Shown here: one piece after another, positions 11,164-25,714 of the stretch | Numbering within the stretch: the first letter of the stretch is position 1 | Layout: each line of letters opens with the position of its first letter | Assembly: GCA_964016885.1 (NCBI GenBank) | Contig: OZ024741.1 | Coordinates: 218,116,001-218,180,000, forward strand | Length of the DNA stretch: 64,000 nucleotides | DNA from: Eledone cirrhosa | Lineage: Eukaryota | Direction of reading: 5' to 3' | Notes under the pieces: generated by a model | What the model was told of the DNA's origin: nothing | Databases searched by the model: none | What the model saw: the letters and a program-made list of their open reading frames with translations, nothing else | Made by a program: the position numbers and the translations under genes

Positions 11164-14100
11164 TCTCTATATATAAAACTGATGTTGTCTGTTCGTGCGT
11201 CCACACTCATTTTTGCAAAGTCTATACAAATCCACATTTCTACTCCGATTGACTTCAAACTTGCATTTATATATTCCTTGCGGTCTAAAGATATTAACTG
11301 CACCTTTTATTTTCCAATTTCCTGTTGTTAAAGGGGTGTTAGGTGCCAGTTATCCATCTCCGTCGCGCTCTTATAATATCTGTCTGTATGCCTGGCTGTC
11401 TGCATTACAACATTCTGACGAACATTGATGACGTATTATGTTCGCTATTTTCTGTTCATTGCCAGGCAACGTATTCACAAAGCCGCTTCCCGAGCTGCTG
11501 AAACTGCAGAACAGCGTTACCTGCGTATAATAAAAAATGCTACATCAACTGCTGCCACTCGAGCTGCTGAGAATGCAGAACAGCGTGCCCTACGTATAAC
11601 AAAAAAGGCTGCATAAACTGCTGCCACCCGAGCTGCTGAGAATGCAGAACAGCGTGCCCTACGTATAACAAAAAAGGCTGCATAAACTGCTGCCACCCGA
11701 GCTGCTGAGAATGCAGAACAGCGTGCCCTACGTATAACAAAAAAGGCTGCATAAACTGCTGCCACCCGAGCTGCTGAGAATGCAGAACAGCGTGCCCTAC
11801 GTATAACAAAAAAGGCTGCATAAACTGCTGCCACCCGAGCTGCTGAGAATGCACAACAGCGTGCCCTATGTATAACAAAAAAGGCTGCATAAACTGCTGC
11901 CACCCGAGCTGCTGAGAGTGCAGAACAGCGTGCCCTACGTATAACAAAAAAGGCTGCATAAACTGCTGCCACCCGAGCTGCTGAGAATGCACAACAGCGT
12001 GCCCTATGTATAACAAAAAAGGCTGCATAAACTGCTGCCACCCGAGCTGCTGAGAGTGCAGAACAGCGTGCCCTACGTATAACAAAAAAGGCTGCATAAA
12101 CTGCTGCCACCCGAGCTGCTGAGAGTGCAGAACAGCGTGTCCTACGCCAAACAGAAAGTTCTGCGTCAACTGCTGCCACTCGTGCTGCTGAGAGTGCAGA
12201 ACAGCGTGTCTTGCGTCAGGCAGGATATGCTGCATCAACTGCTGCCGCCCGAGCTGCTGAGACCTCCGATGCTCGACGGGATCGCCTGGAGAGTATCGCT
12301 CAGCGTAGAAATACTCGGCAGGGTGTTTCAAGGCCATGTAGTTCAAGATGGCTACTAGAAGCATTTGAATATAGGCTCGACAGCGATTATGCTAACCATC
12401 CAGACATGTCAATTTCCAGTATGCAAGATACTTGCAAATTTTGCTCTGCGAATAAGTGGCCAGGAGAAGCAGCCGGCATGTGTTGCGCAAGTGGAAAGGC
12501 CAAATTACCCGCTCTAGAGGACCCACCCCAGCCATTGCTGCTGCTTCTTACAGGCACAACCCCAGAATCAAAGCATTTCCTAAGTAATACCAGAAAGTAC
12601 AACTGTGCCTTTCAAATGACTTCTTTCGGGGCGAATATCGTTAGGGAAGGTGGGTTTATGCTTACGTTTAAAGTCCAGGAGCAGGTTTACCATAGGATAA
12701 GACCACTTCAGCCCGTTGCAAACCAAGAGCCTCAGTTTCTTCAACTGTACTTCGTTGGCAGCTACCAAGAGCAAGCGAGAAGACGAAACACTATATCACC
12801 CGGCATTAATTTCGAGCTGACATTGCAGCTCCAAGAGATGTTACATGCAAAAAACAGTTATGTGCAGAGTTTTAAGTATGCGTTAGAAACAGCATCAATC
12901 CCCAATTTTAATGTTGTCATTAATGCTGACAAACGGCCATCTGGAAAGCATGATGGCCGCTATAATCCGCCTACATGCAACGAAATCGCAATTGTGCTTG
13001 AAGGTGAGCGGCAAAATCCAAGGGACATCGTTCTTACATGTCGCGACAACACTCTTAAGCGTATCAGGGAAACCCACAGATCATACGACGCCCTACAATA
13101 CCCCTTGATCTTCATGAATGGAGAAGACGGTTACCATTTGGGCATTCACTAGCGTAATCCCCATAGACCAGACGAGTGCAGCAGCAAACAAGTTTCCTGC
13201 ATGGAGTTCTACGCATACTGCTTCATGACCCGAAGCAACTGCCTGAATCATTTCCACAGTTCACGCGAGCTATTCCATCAATTTGCAGTTGACATGTGCG
13301 CCAAGATGGAGTCTGAGAGGCTGTGCTACATCAAGTACAACCAATAAAAGCTGCGTACAGAGAGTTACATTCACCTTCGAGATGGTATCAACAATGACGT
13401 TGTTCCGGGAGACTTAGGGCAGGTGTGTATTTTTCCTTCCATTTTCACCGGGGGTCGGCGGTATATCCATGAGACGACGCAAGACGCCATGACATATGTG
13501 CGCCACTACAGTCGGCCCGACTTATTCATTACCTTTACCTGCAACCCCAAGTGGAAGGAGATCGAGGCTAAACTCTTCCAAGGCCAAAAGGCCAAAGACA
13601 GGCATGGCCTTTTAGCCAGGGTCTTCCGACTGAAGTTACAGAAACTCATGGACCTTATCAAGAAAGGGCAGGTATCTGGGCCTGTAATAGGCGACATGTA
13701 CACAGTTGAGTGGCAAAAAAGGGGTCTGCCACATGCCCATATTCTTATTTGGATGTCAACAAAGATTAACTCCATCAACATTGACAGGCTTATCTCTGCA
13801 GAACTCCCCAACTCCTCTGTTGACAAAGACCTCTTTGACATAGTGCGGGCAAACATGGTTCATGGTCCATACGGGCGTGGATTAAACCTACACTCACCAT
13901 GCTTGAGAGATTCAGTTTGCAGCAACAAATTTCCGAAGCAGTTTCTTCGAGAGACCCAGACCGGCAAAGACGGATACCCACTGTACAGACGAAGAAAGCC
14001 GGAAGATGGCGGGTTTACAGTGCATATTGGGCCATACGAAGTAGACAACAGGTGGATAGTGCCGTACTGCCCTATTCTGTCCAAGGCGTTCAATGCTCAC

Positions 14101-16029
14101 GTCAACGTAGAGTTTTGCAACTCCGTGAAGTCCATCAAATATGTCTGCAAGTACATCAATAAGGGCTCAGACGCTGCTATGTTTGGCCTGCAGCAAGACG
14201 GCAATCGGGACGAAGTTACAGTACCAAGTGGGTAGGTACATAAGCAGTAACGAGGCCTTCTGACGCATTTTCGGTTTCCCCTTGCATCAAAGCACCCACC
14301 CATCCAACAACTTGCTGTTCACCTTGAAAACGGTCAACGCGTATACTTCACTGCTTCCACAGCTGCTTGATTGGTCGAGGAATCGAAGGACACTACCCTC
14401 ACTGCCTTCTTTAACCTTTGTCAAGTCGATCCATTCGCCCAAACCTTGCTGTATCCACAGGTGCCGTCCTATTACATCTGGGAAAAAAAGAAATGGCAAC
14501 GGAGGAAGAAAGGTCAAAACGTTGATTGATACCCTGCCATTAAATTTGACAGTTGCCTCGGGAGAGTTTACACAGTTCATCCAGGCCAACAAGAGTGTTT
14601 CTACCTTCGTCTGCTACTTCATGAGGTTAGGGGACCAACGTCTTACCAACATTTGAAAACAGTCAACGGTCGGCTTTGCGCTACTTTCAGAGAGGCCTGC
14701 TTAAGACATGGACTGTTAGAAGACTGCGCACAGTGGAATGCTACGCTCGCGGAGGCTGCCGTTTCACAGTCGCCGAAAAGTCTCAGGGCTCTCTTTGCTG
14801 TGCTTCTGCACATTTGCGAAGGCTCAGGTCCCGTCTCTCTGTAGTTGAATTATAGTGATGCCCTGGCGGAAGACTTTTACCACCAAGCACAATTGCCTTG
14901 ATGCTGCCAGTGACGACGTCTACAACTGTGCTTTGATTGGCGTGGAAAACAGGACTGTTTCACTGGGTGGGAATACTTTGCCAAGGTACGGGCTGCCGCA
15001 ACCTGTACGGACAGGGATGGATAACCTTCCGACAGAGCTCATTCGCGAAACAGCCTATGATATTGACGCTCTTGCCCAATACGCCCGTGAAACAGAGCCA
15101 AAACTCCTTCCGGGACAGCAGCGGGTCTACAACACTATTTTCGACCATGTGCGAAACCGGAAAGGGGGAATCTTCTTCCTAGATACACCTGGAGGGACAG
15201 GAAAAACGTTTCTAACTAAGCTTCTTCTAGCCAAAGTGAGGCAGCACAAGGACATCGCGTTAGCCGTGGCATCCTCTGGTATTGCTGCAACTTTGTTACC
15301 CAGCGGTAGGACAGCGCACTCAGCCTTTCAGCTCCCCCTGAACTAGGCGACATCCGAAACACCGTCCTGCAACATTAGCAAAACTTCGGATAAGGGACTG
15401 GTTCTCCGAAGGTGTCAGCTCATAGTGTGGGATGAATGTACCATGGCCCCAAAACGAGCTCTGGAAGCACTAGACACTACTTTGAAAGACATCAGAGACT
15501 GCCAGACTGCGATGGGAGGTATCATCCTTCTCCTATCCGGCGACTTCCGTCAGAACCTTCCCGTAATTCCCAAGGGAACCAGGGCAGATGAAGTCCGGGC
15601 ATGCCTCAAGTCCTCTCCGTTGTGGCAAAAGGTAACAACGTTGACCCTGACAACTAACATGAGAGCCGAACTGCACGGCGGCCAACTGGCAGCAGAGTTT
15701 GCTTCGGATATTTTGTCACAAGGCGATGGCAAGATCACCCTCGATGGAGATGGCGAATTGTCACTCAGTCTGATTTGTACCACTGTCAACACAGTCGAGG
15801 ACCTCAAGGCTCAAGTGTTTCCCAGTCTTCCTGATAACTACCAAGATGTGAATTGGTTATGCGAAAGAGCTATTTTAGCTCCCAAAAAACAGCACAGTGA
15901 ACGCTATCAACGAGCAGCTGTTGTAATCTCTTCCCGGAAGGCTGCATATTTACAAGTCTGTCGAAACAGTCCCCGACCAAGACGAAGCGGTAAACTACCC
16001 TGTTGAATTCCTCAGTTCGCTAGAACCTC

Positions 16030-16030
<1 letters not shown>
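11164..16030 (+). mobile_element. Helitron Rep/helicase element, pseudogenised and 3'-truncated
   Basis: A|TCTCTATATATAAAA 5' end; CxxC...CC zinc motif; YNCAFQMTSFGA; Rep motifs PDLFITFTCNP, VEWQKRGLPHAH, KYVCKYINKG; PIF1 motifs PGGTGKTF, GRTAHS, WDEC, GDFRQ; multiple stops and frameshifts; no CTRR 3' end. Confidence 0.95.
11480..12290 (+). repeat. 69-bp (23-codon) STPR-like tandem repeat in the Helitron N-terminus
   Basis: ENAEQRALRITKKAA*TAATRAA, about 12 units; TAA stops ending at 11616+69n (n=0-7). Confidence 0.9.
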
Positions 16031-16073
<43 letters not shown>

Positions 16074-16151
16074 ATATGTATATGTATAGACAGATAGATA
16101 GAGAGAATATATATATATGTATATATATATACACACACACGCACCCCCAGC

Positions 16152-16188
<37 letters not shown>

Positions 16189-16206
16189 ATATATATATAT
16201 ATATAT

Positions 16207-16367
16207 AGGAACGAGTAGGACCCCGACGGCTGAGCTCAAGCCGTTTCGACGGCTAATTCTGGAATTAGCCGTCGGGGTCCTACTCGTTCCTATTACCCAC
16301 TCTACTACCCTAAGTATTGAGTACTTTGGTGCGTTATGGTCCACCTGGTTCCTTACCACATTTCTTT

Positions 16368-16371
<4 letters not shown>
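16207..16371 (+). mobile_element. Fold-back PLE terminal remnant (family A) in (TA)n
   Basis: Inverted arms ggaacgagtaggaccccgacggct / agccgtcggggtcctactcgttcc plus ~80-nt extension shared with 34919-34998 and 56976-57056. Confidence 0.8.
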
Positions 16372-16398
<27 letters not shown>

Positions 16399-16717
16399 CG
16401 CATACAAATGCCGATTTTTACAAGTTAACTTTGTCGTTCAACACAAATGAAACGAACGAGAGAATTTTGAAGAGACTCGAAGTGTGATGGAATGGCAATT
16501 ATGGCAGAAACTAGAAGAGGCAGGAAATCTAGGAATTTCAAGTTAAAGAAGAGAAAAAAATGGGTGAACCGTGTATGGGTGTAGTATGGAGGGGTGGGTT
16601 GGCGGGCTACAATGGCTAATTACTGATCAAGTGGTAGATATATGTGTGACGTCATACATTTGTCTCTATGTAGCTATTTAACACTTGAGAAATTGTCATT
16701 CAATTTGTAGCTTGAAA

Positions 16718-16773
<56 letters not shown>

Positions 16774-16844
16774 ATATGTATATATATACATACATATGTA
16801 TATATATGTATGTATATAAATATATATGTATACATATATGTGCG

Positions 16845-16878
<34 letters not shown>

Positions 16879-16939
16879 CACACACACATATATATATACA
16901 TGTATGTATACACACACACATACACACACACACACACAT

Positions 16940-16970
<31 letters not shown>

Positions 16971-17024
16971 AAGCGAGAGAGAGAGAGAGTGGGAGAAGTG
17001 GCAATATTTGAGTGCCTAAATAAT

Positions 17025-17212
17025 AATTGTTTCTACTTTTGGCACAAGGTCACCAATTACCCCAGTGCATTACTGGTACTTTATTTTATCGACCCCGTAA
17101 GGATGAAAGTCAAAGTTAACCTCAGCGGGATTTGAACTCACATCATAAAGGGCCGTAACTCTATGCTGCAAAGAATGGCGTCCGACCCTCTACCGATACT
17201 GCCAATCCACCT
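17025..17212 (-). mobile_element. tRNA-derived Nin/Deu-like SINE
   Basis: Homologous to 5689-5869. Confidence 0.85.
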
Positions 17213-17222
17213 AATAAATAAT

Positions 17223-17403
17223 AATTGTTTCTACTTTTGGCACAAGGCCAGCAATTAACCAGTACATTACTGGTACATTATTTTATCGACCCCGTAAGCA
17301 TGAAAGGCAAAGTTAACCTCGGCGGGATTTGAACTCAGAATGGCAAGAGCCGTAACTCTATGCGTCAAAGCATCGCGTCAGACCCTCTACCGATACTGCC
17401 AAT
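17223..17403 (-). mobile_element. tRNA-derived Nin/Deu-like SINE, tandem second copy
   Basis: Homologous to 5689-5869. Confidence 0.85.
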
Positions 17404-17435
17404 TAATGTCGTCAACAAGTAACATATGATATTTA

Positions 17436-17790
17436 TGAAGGTGCGGTGGTGGCTTAGTGGTTAAGTATGTTCAACTCACGATCGTAAAGTCGTGAGTTCG
17501 ATACCGTTTGAAGACGAAGGAGACGCTACAGAGACGTTTACAATACAGTACCAAATGGTTCAAGACCAGGTTCCTTGAGTATATTTACAGATCTACCTGA
17601 CTCTAGGTGGTGGGTTCGATTCTCCTCGGCGGCGCATTGTGTCCTTGAGCAAGATACTTTATTTTACGTGTAACCACCAACTGAGTAGACTACAGTAAGT
17701 TACAGTTGCAATTCAAAGTCCCAGCCTTGTCACACTGTGTATCATGCTGAATCTCTCTGAGAATTATATTGAGGTTATACACATGTATGT
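17436..17790 (+). mobile_element. tRNA-derived SINE(s), second family
   Basis: tggcttagtggttaag A box, two B boxes (gagttcgatacc, gggttcgattc), gtgtccttgagcaagatactt domain. Confidence 0.7.
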
Positions 17791-17899
17791 ATTATATATG
17801 GGAACGATACACGTGGTTCCATGAGGCAGAAATCCCTATCATAAAGATCTAATGTCCAATAACAACAACAACAATGAACACATCAATTATACACAACCG

Positions 17900-18830
17900 A
17901 GAACCACACACACACACACACACACACATCACAGTCATGCACACATACATACACACATCACATGCACACACATCACAAACGCACACACCTTTCAACACAT
18001 CACACACATATACAAACATACACACACACACACCTTCCAACACATCACATAATACACTCATACACACACACACCTTTCAACACATCACACACATACACAT
18101 ACTTGCATACATACACACATCACAAACGTACACACCTTTCAACACATCACACACATATACAAACATACACACGCACACACCTTCCAACACATCACATAAT
18201 ACACTCATACACACACACACACCTTTCAACACATCACACACATACACATACTTGCATACATACACACATCACAAACGTACACACCTTCCAACACATCACA
18301 CATACACACGCACATACACACATCACACACAGATTTAGCATATCACAAACTTACACACAGACACATTTACACACTCACACCTTCCAACACATACACACAT
18401 ACACAGACACACACACACAGACACACACATACCTACCTTCCAATATACTCACACACACACACATAGACACACACACACCTACCTTACAATACACTCACAC
18501 ACACACATATACATACACACACCCACACACACTTACACACACACCTACCTTCCGCCACACATACACACACCTTCACACACAGACCCACACACACACCTAC
18601 CTTCCAACACACACACACACACACACCTTCACACACAGACCCACACACACACCTACCTTCCACCACACATACACACACCTTCACACACAGACCCCCACAC
18701 ACACCTACCTTCCACCACACATACACACACCTTCACACACAGACCCACACACACACCTACCTTCCACCACACATACACACACCTTCACACACAGACCACC
18801 ACACACACCTACCTTCCACCACACATCATT
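17900..18830. repeat. CA-rich compound minisatellites
   Basis: Duplicated ~150-bp and ~60-bp CA-rich units. Confidence 0.85.
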
Positions 18831-19043
18831 TTAAACACACCATCTCCAGCCATTTCTTTACAATACAACAACATTGTATATAAGATAAAGAATCCTCAAA
18901 TATATAGCTAGGATAATAACCACACCCAAGGGCAGATAACTTATAAGGAGCTAATTGAAGAATATACAGACACATATATGTATGTAAAAAAACCCCTCTC
19001 TCTCACACACATATATATGTATTTATATATTTATATATTTATA

Positions 19044-19089
<46 letters not shown>

Positions 19090-19199
19090 CTATATACATG
19101 CATATATATACTTATATATATGAGTATCTATCTATGTATCTCTATATCTATGTGTATTGTATCTCTCTCTCCCTATATATATACACACATATATATATA

Positions 19200-19295
<96 letters not shown>

Positions 19296-19410
19296 TATAT
19301 AAGTATATATGTATATATATATATATATAAACATATGTATATACATATACGAATATATACATGTCCACATATTGATATATTGATACATAGATATATATAT
19401 TATATACACA

Positions 19411-19487
<77 letters not shown>

Positions 19488-19810
19488 ATATATATATATA
19501 TTGAAGGAGTAAATTGTGGAAGATTGGAGAGAGAGATACAGAGAGAGAAAAAAAATCCTGTTTATCCAAAATAGAACTCGCAGATAAGACAAGAGAGGAA
19601 ATAAATAAAGATGGCTACTAGTAAAACAATAGCAAAGAATTCACCAGAAGCCCGCTTTAATATGTCACTTACGTAAATCCTTACGTAAACCATATATAAT
19701 AGAGAAGATGGAAGTAACCAGAATAAAGGAGAGATGAACATTTCATGAAGAATGGAATAACCAACCATTGAAAACATTAAAACAAATATATATATATATA
19801 TGGCAAACAG

Positions 19811-19883
<73 letters not shown>

Positions 19884-20057
19884 GTATATATTTGCATATA
19901 TATATACATACATACATGTCTGTGTATATATATATATAGCAAACAGATTAATAAAAATATACATAACAAGTTGGATTTTATCAATATAAACAACAGGTAC
20001 ACATACATAGACACATTCAAACAGAGACATAGACGCATATACATATATACATACGTT

Positions 20058-20158
<101 letters not shown>

Positions 20159-20936
20159 CGTAATGAAATAAATATGAAGTAAAACATATGTATATATATA
20201 TAAATATGTATGTATATATATGTACATCTATATATATGTATGTATATATGTACATATATATGTATGTGTATATGTTTGTATGTATAAGAAACAGATTTAA
20301 AAAAATATATGAGACAAACAAGCCTCAGGTAGTTTACAAGCAATGAAAACAGCTAATTGTCGTAAAAAAAAAATATAAACTACGTACATCAGACTAGTGG
20401 AGAGGGATAGATGTAAACATTGTATGTAAAATGAAATAGGAATGAAGATACACAGAAATTTTACGGAGAACAAACGAAAAACAACAAACAACAAAATCAG
20501 GTTCTCCAAAAACAAGAAAAAAGGTGGGGAGGGGAGGGGAGGGGGGATAAAATGAAGAAAAAACGAAGAAACAAATAAAGAAAATATATGAAGAAAAAAA
20601 GTAAATGGAGAGAGAAAGAAAAGAAAAAAATAATAGACCAGGGAGGTGCCTTGAATCACCGATAGATGAAGTCTTGGAAGGAGAACTCTGTGGACAGAAA
20701 ACAACTTTAAATATAAAGACAAATTAAAAGACCTCCTCAGGTTGAAAGCTTTTTCAATAATAAAGAAAAAAAAAATGTAAAATTGACAATGTAGAGCGTA
20801 AATTGTACACGACAGAGTCTACAGCGTATTGTGTTTAGTAAAAACATAACAACCCACATTAGGATTTGTACTTGTTAGGCAATTGTCAGAAATTTATTCG
20901 AGAAAACATTTGTTGGAGTATATGTGTGTGTATATA

Positions 20937-21390
20937 CGAGGTGCACACAAGAAGTTTTGAGACTTTATCAGAGAGACATTTATTTAACTCAGATCAACAC
21001 AACACTCTAGTCTCCCTCAACGTAGGATCCTCTAACTTCATTGCACTTGTTGTACCGCTCCATTCACTTCTGGAAGCCCCCCCCCCCCCTGTAGCCCTTC
21101 AAAATAAAGGTGTCTCAGGCGCTTGTCACAGCCTCCTTCATCTCCTTCACATCATCATAGTGGATACCCCTGAGCTTCTCCTTCAGCTTCTGGAACATCC
21201 AAAAGTCACATGACGAGATGTCTGGACTGTAGGAAGGATGAAGGGTGGCAGTCTCGATTCCCATATCAGCCAAGTAGGTGGTACCCAGGATGGATTTGTG
21301 GCAAGGTGCATTGTCCTGGTGCAGGTGCCACTGCCAGACATGAAGAGTTCTGGTCTTTTGCGACGAAATCTTTTTTCTGAACAGCCTTAA
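20937..21390 (-). mobile_element. mariner transposase 3' fragment with terminal repeat
   Basis: WHLHQDNAPCHKS...HPSYSPDISSCDFWMFQKLKEKLRG; TA|CGAGG terminus at 20935. Confidence 0.85.
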
Positions 21391-21727
21391 AGCCTGTACA
21401 TATTATAAGTTGAGCCAACTTATGCAGCTTCATATGCAAATGAGATTAATCATCTCATTTCATCATCATCACTCGTCGACTACTGTCGAGATGCTGGATC
21501 TCACTCTCATGCCCCAGAATCCCCTGTCCCCCATCGCTGCCCCCAGGTCCTGTCTGCTGATTCCCGTATCCCTAGAGATAACGTCATGGAATGACAGCTT
21601 CCTACTCCTAGTCAGGCTGGAGTCAGGGTTCCAGAGCAAGAGAGCGGATATGATTTCATTTACACAGGCGAGAAAAGTATATATTCTCGCCTGTCTTCTA
21701 GTCCAGCAGTCGCAAGCGGTGGGAGGG

Positions 21728-21771
21728 ACCGTCCCGACGAAGGCCAGTTAAGCCTGAAATGCATAGACGGT
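21728..21771 (+). ncRNA. Minimal type-I hammerhead ribozyme (U4C core)
   Basis: accgtc-CCGACGA-aggc/gcct-GAAA-tgca-TA-gacggt; stem I extends to gtccagcag/ctgctggac. Confidence 0.7.
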
Positions 21772-21829
21772 TGTCCCCCTTGCTTCTGCTGGACATCACC
21801 AGAAGGCGTTAGCCCCCCGGTGTTTGCAT

Positions 21830-23400
21830 ATCTACGGCTTCCTAAAAACCGTATTTCTTTGGAGATACGAAATATTTATACATATTGTATAAAGCTATGG
21901 TTGAAGCGAAATCATATTTCTATGTTAATTATATTTAATAATCATAGGTATTAAATGTGATAAAAAGGGGATGCGATTAAATGAAGTAGTGAGGTTAAAA
22001 ATAATTTTAGGGAAAGTTAGCTGTAAGAGGGAAATAAAATTATGAAATTCTCTGTAGTAAAATACTAATTATAGGTTAACTAAATTAAAATAAATTATAA
22101 TAATTTGTAAAATATAAGAGTAAGGTATATATTAATTAAGTTTATAATATTTGAAGGTTTTTCTTATTCTATGATTGCAAGATATAATTAATTCCTGTCG
22201 CTTATTTAATAGGATTTCCTTAGATTTCATGATTTCAAAATGTTCTTGGGAGCATAACCTACACTCGCATCTGCTATTTTGATAAGGGGTGGCCCTTTTG
22301 AGCACGCTCCAGGACAGGTTGTAATCAATGTTCTTCTTTTTATAATTATTAATTGCTTCGGCCAAGGATGTTGTATTAACTAATGCGGCATTTTAAAAAC
22401 TATGTTTGTGGGTATTAAATCTTACTTTAATTTGGTTAGACGTAGCTCCTATATATGAATGAGTGGAGTCCTTAGTGCTAATTTTACATTTATAGACTAT
22501 GTTATTAATAAGACAATTTCCCTTTAATGGGCAATTTCTTTTGATTCTACAATTACAACCATTCGTAAATATTATATCAGGGGAGTTAGTCAAAATTGGT
22601 GTGGAGTTTACAGGTCTTTTTATAGGTGAAGGAGATGGTGGTTTGTTATGGTTTATTTTAGTAATATTATGGTTGGTTCGATGTGTTGGTGGTATATGTT
22701 TTTTTACACTTATATCCGTTGTACGCACTTATATTCTGTCGAATATTTTTGGTAGTGGAGTAGGAAAATTTGACAGTAGATCTATTTAAAATTTGATGGT
22801 ATTTATGGTTTGGTGGGAAGTTTTTCTCTAGGATAGCAAAGAATTGTTTAGGGATATGGTCTTTAATTTGTAGATTAAATGGAGCATTATACCAAGTACA
22901 CGTCTATTACGGTTTCGACATTGTTTCTTATATTTATACGATGTATCAGGAGGTTTACTAAGAGAGTTACTATTAGTGATTTTATTATATATAGGTTTAG
23001 TTAGATTAACTGATTTAGGTGTTTTAATCTGATTACTAGGTATTTTGTTAGTTATGTTGTTAACATATGTTGGAGTATTAGGGTGAATGGTTCTTTGAAA
23101 GTCATTATATTTTATGTGAGAAGAGGTAGAGAAATTAAGTTTTGGGTTGGTGTTTTTAGGTGTAGTATGAATGGCATTTAGGTGTGGTTTTTTTCATTTG
23201 ATGTTTGTTTCTAATATTAGGTTGTATGTTTGAAATATTATTGGTGCAAGGTATGTAGACTAATTTGTTTTTGTGGCCACTTCTAGCTAAAGCTTCGTTA
23301 TAAAAGGGCACCTTTTTATCGAATACATCCTGATTTGATGAAAGGTTAGAGATTCTGAGTGAGATATTATATGCTAGGTTTTTAAGGATAGATCGAGTGT
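21830..23400 (-). mobile_element. Hydra-type Penelope-like element, 5'-truncated (thumb, linker, GIY-YIG)
   Basis: RISNLSSN..FYNEAL; WYNAPFN; CNC..NCPLKGNCL..NIVYKC..YIGATS..RFNTHKHSF; CRLCSQE..LNKRQE..CNHR. Confidence 0.85.
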
Positions 23401-23603
23401 GATAAACACATCTCATCATTTCTGAGGACGGCATGTATATGTGAAGGTATGTATATTTCCTCTGATAATCTGTAATATTTTTACATATATCTTAAACATG
23501 ACATACATACCAACACACATATACATCCCAGAAACGATCGTAAAATGATGAATCTTTTAATATAAGGAACCTGTTCTTTGTTTTTATTTCATTGTTTTTA
23601 TTA

Positions 23604-23656
<53 letters not shown>

Positions 23657-24532
23657 TGTTTATCCGTCCACCATCCATTTCGCATTGTCGTCGTTTTCAA
23701 ACTTCGATTTCTTTATACCATATACAATGCTTCAAGTAAACTACAAATTCCTCCTATATATATTTATATATATAGCGCGTGTGTGTGTGTTTGTGTATGT
23801 ATGAATGTATATATTTGTTTATCACATAATTATAATGGCAATTCCTTGGATAAGTTCCGTTATGATTTACTAGAAATCATTTGCACTCTATGGTTTTAAA
23901 TTATTATAGATATGAACCTGACTAACGTCAATTTACTTGACGTTGACATACTTGGCTTCAGATACATATAAAACATCATAAACCTATCATAAAACTGAAA
24001 TATATTAGCAGAGGATTCCGCCACCCCACCGTGGCATAAAGTCATATCCTGAACATAAGGACTAATGCAGATAAGACGTTCTTAGATCAAATGGATAAGT
24101 ATCGCCACTCAACCCAACAATATTTTAGTAAAATATTCAGTAGGTAATTTGTGAAGATAAGTTATTCCTGTAGTCCCTCCATGAGATTGAAAATAACTGC
24201 TAAATGCAAACTCAATATATATACAAGATGCTTTTGTAGCATAAAGGTAGTTGGCCTTTTGCAATAGAGCTGAAATATCAAGTCCATTACAGAGAGCACT
24301 GAAAGAAATGTGAGTCAGGTACAAGATTCATGTTACAATGATTTTACTCACTTGTTGATTTTTTTAGGCAAAACGAGTGTAACAAAGATATGCTCCATAA
24401 ATAACATGGAGAATCCTTCGGGGGTCCAGCCCATATATTAACGGAATAAAGTATGTTCCCTTTGCCTCAGTGAAAAATTCCTACATATTTCTATGCGTGT
24501 ATAAATATATATATACATACACACACAGAGAA

Positions 24533-24571
<39 letters not shown>

Positions 24572-24579
24572 TGTGTATG

Positions 24580-24616
<37 letters not shown>

Positions 24617-24756
24617 CTGTGATTGGGGTTGTATATTGAATCATATACGAAATGTTCATGTAAATAAACATTTTTATAGCTTCAGCATGAATTTTAGAAG
24701 CGGTGATTAATCCATCACTAAATAGTATTTAGAAAACACTCACACACACACACACG

Positions 24757-24787
<31 letters not shown>

Positions 24788-25191
24788 GGATAAACATAGA
24801 TAGATACGAATAACATTTCTTCAAGCATGATATACACAATATACACAGAACATGTGAATACGAACATGAACACACATTGTGTGATAGTATGCATGTATTC
24901 ATGCAAGCATGTGCCTGTTTGTGCTATCATATGTATACCTGTTTCTGTATGTGTGTGTTCGTACATGTATGTATATGTGGGTATGTGTATGTGTGTGTTC
25001 GTTATCGTATGTATATATGGGTATGTGTGTGCTCTCTATATAAAGCAGCTAATGGGGAATAAACTAATTGAAAAGTCATTGTTCATTATATTTATTATTA
25101 TTTATACATACTAATTTATATATATGTGTGTATATATATATGTTTATATGTATTATTGCCTCTCTCTCCATGTATATATACATATATATTC

Positions 25192-25222
<31 letters not shown>

Positions 25223-25312
25223 CATACATATATATATTTGTATATATATATATGTGTGTGTATGTAAATGTATATGTATTATATATATATACACATATAT
25301 GTACTTACATAC

Positions 25313-25451
<139 letters not shown>

Positions 25452-25456
25452 TATAC

Positions 25457-25488
<32 letters not shown>

Positions 25489-25714
25489 ATGTATGTAAGT
25501 ACATATATGTGTATATATCTGTGTGTCTGTGTATGCATGTGCATGTGTATGTGTATGTGTGTGTGCATGTGTGTGTATGTGTGTGTGTGCATGTGTGTGT
25601 ATGTGCCTGTGTATTTGTGTATATATATATGTGTGTATTCAGACTCTGTTCCAGGCCCAGATATCTGTGCAAAATATTACAGCTGCAACATGGTATCGTA
25701 TTTTCATTGCATAG

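Noticed and set aside
11517-12364. Antisense ORFs over the Helitron repeats
   Set aside because: By-product of a 69-bp repeat; the sense frame continues into Helitron domains.
17445-17510. tRNA gene
   Set aside because: A and B boxes are present but there is no full cloverleaf; it is a SINE head.
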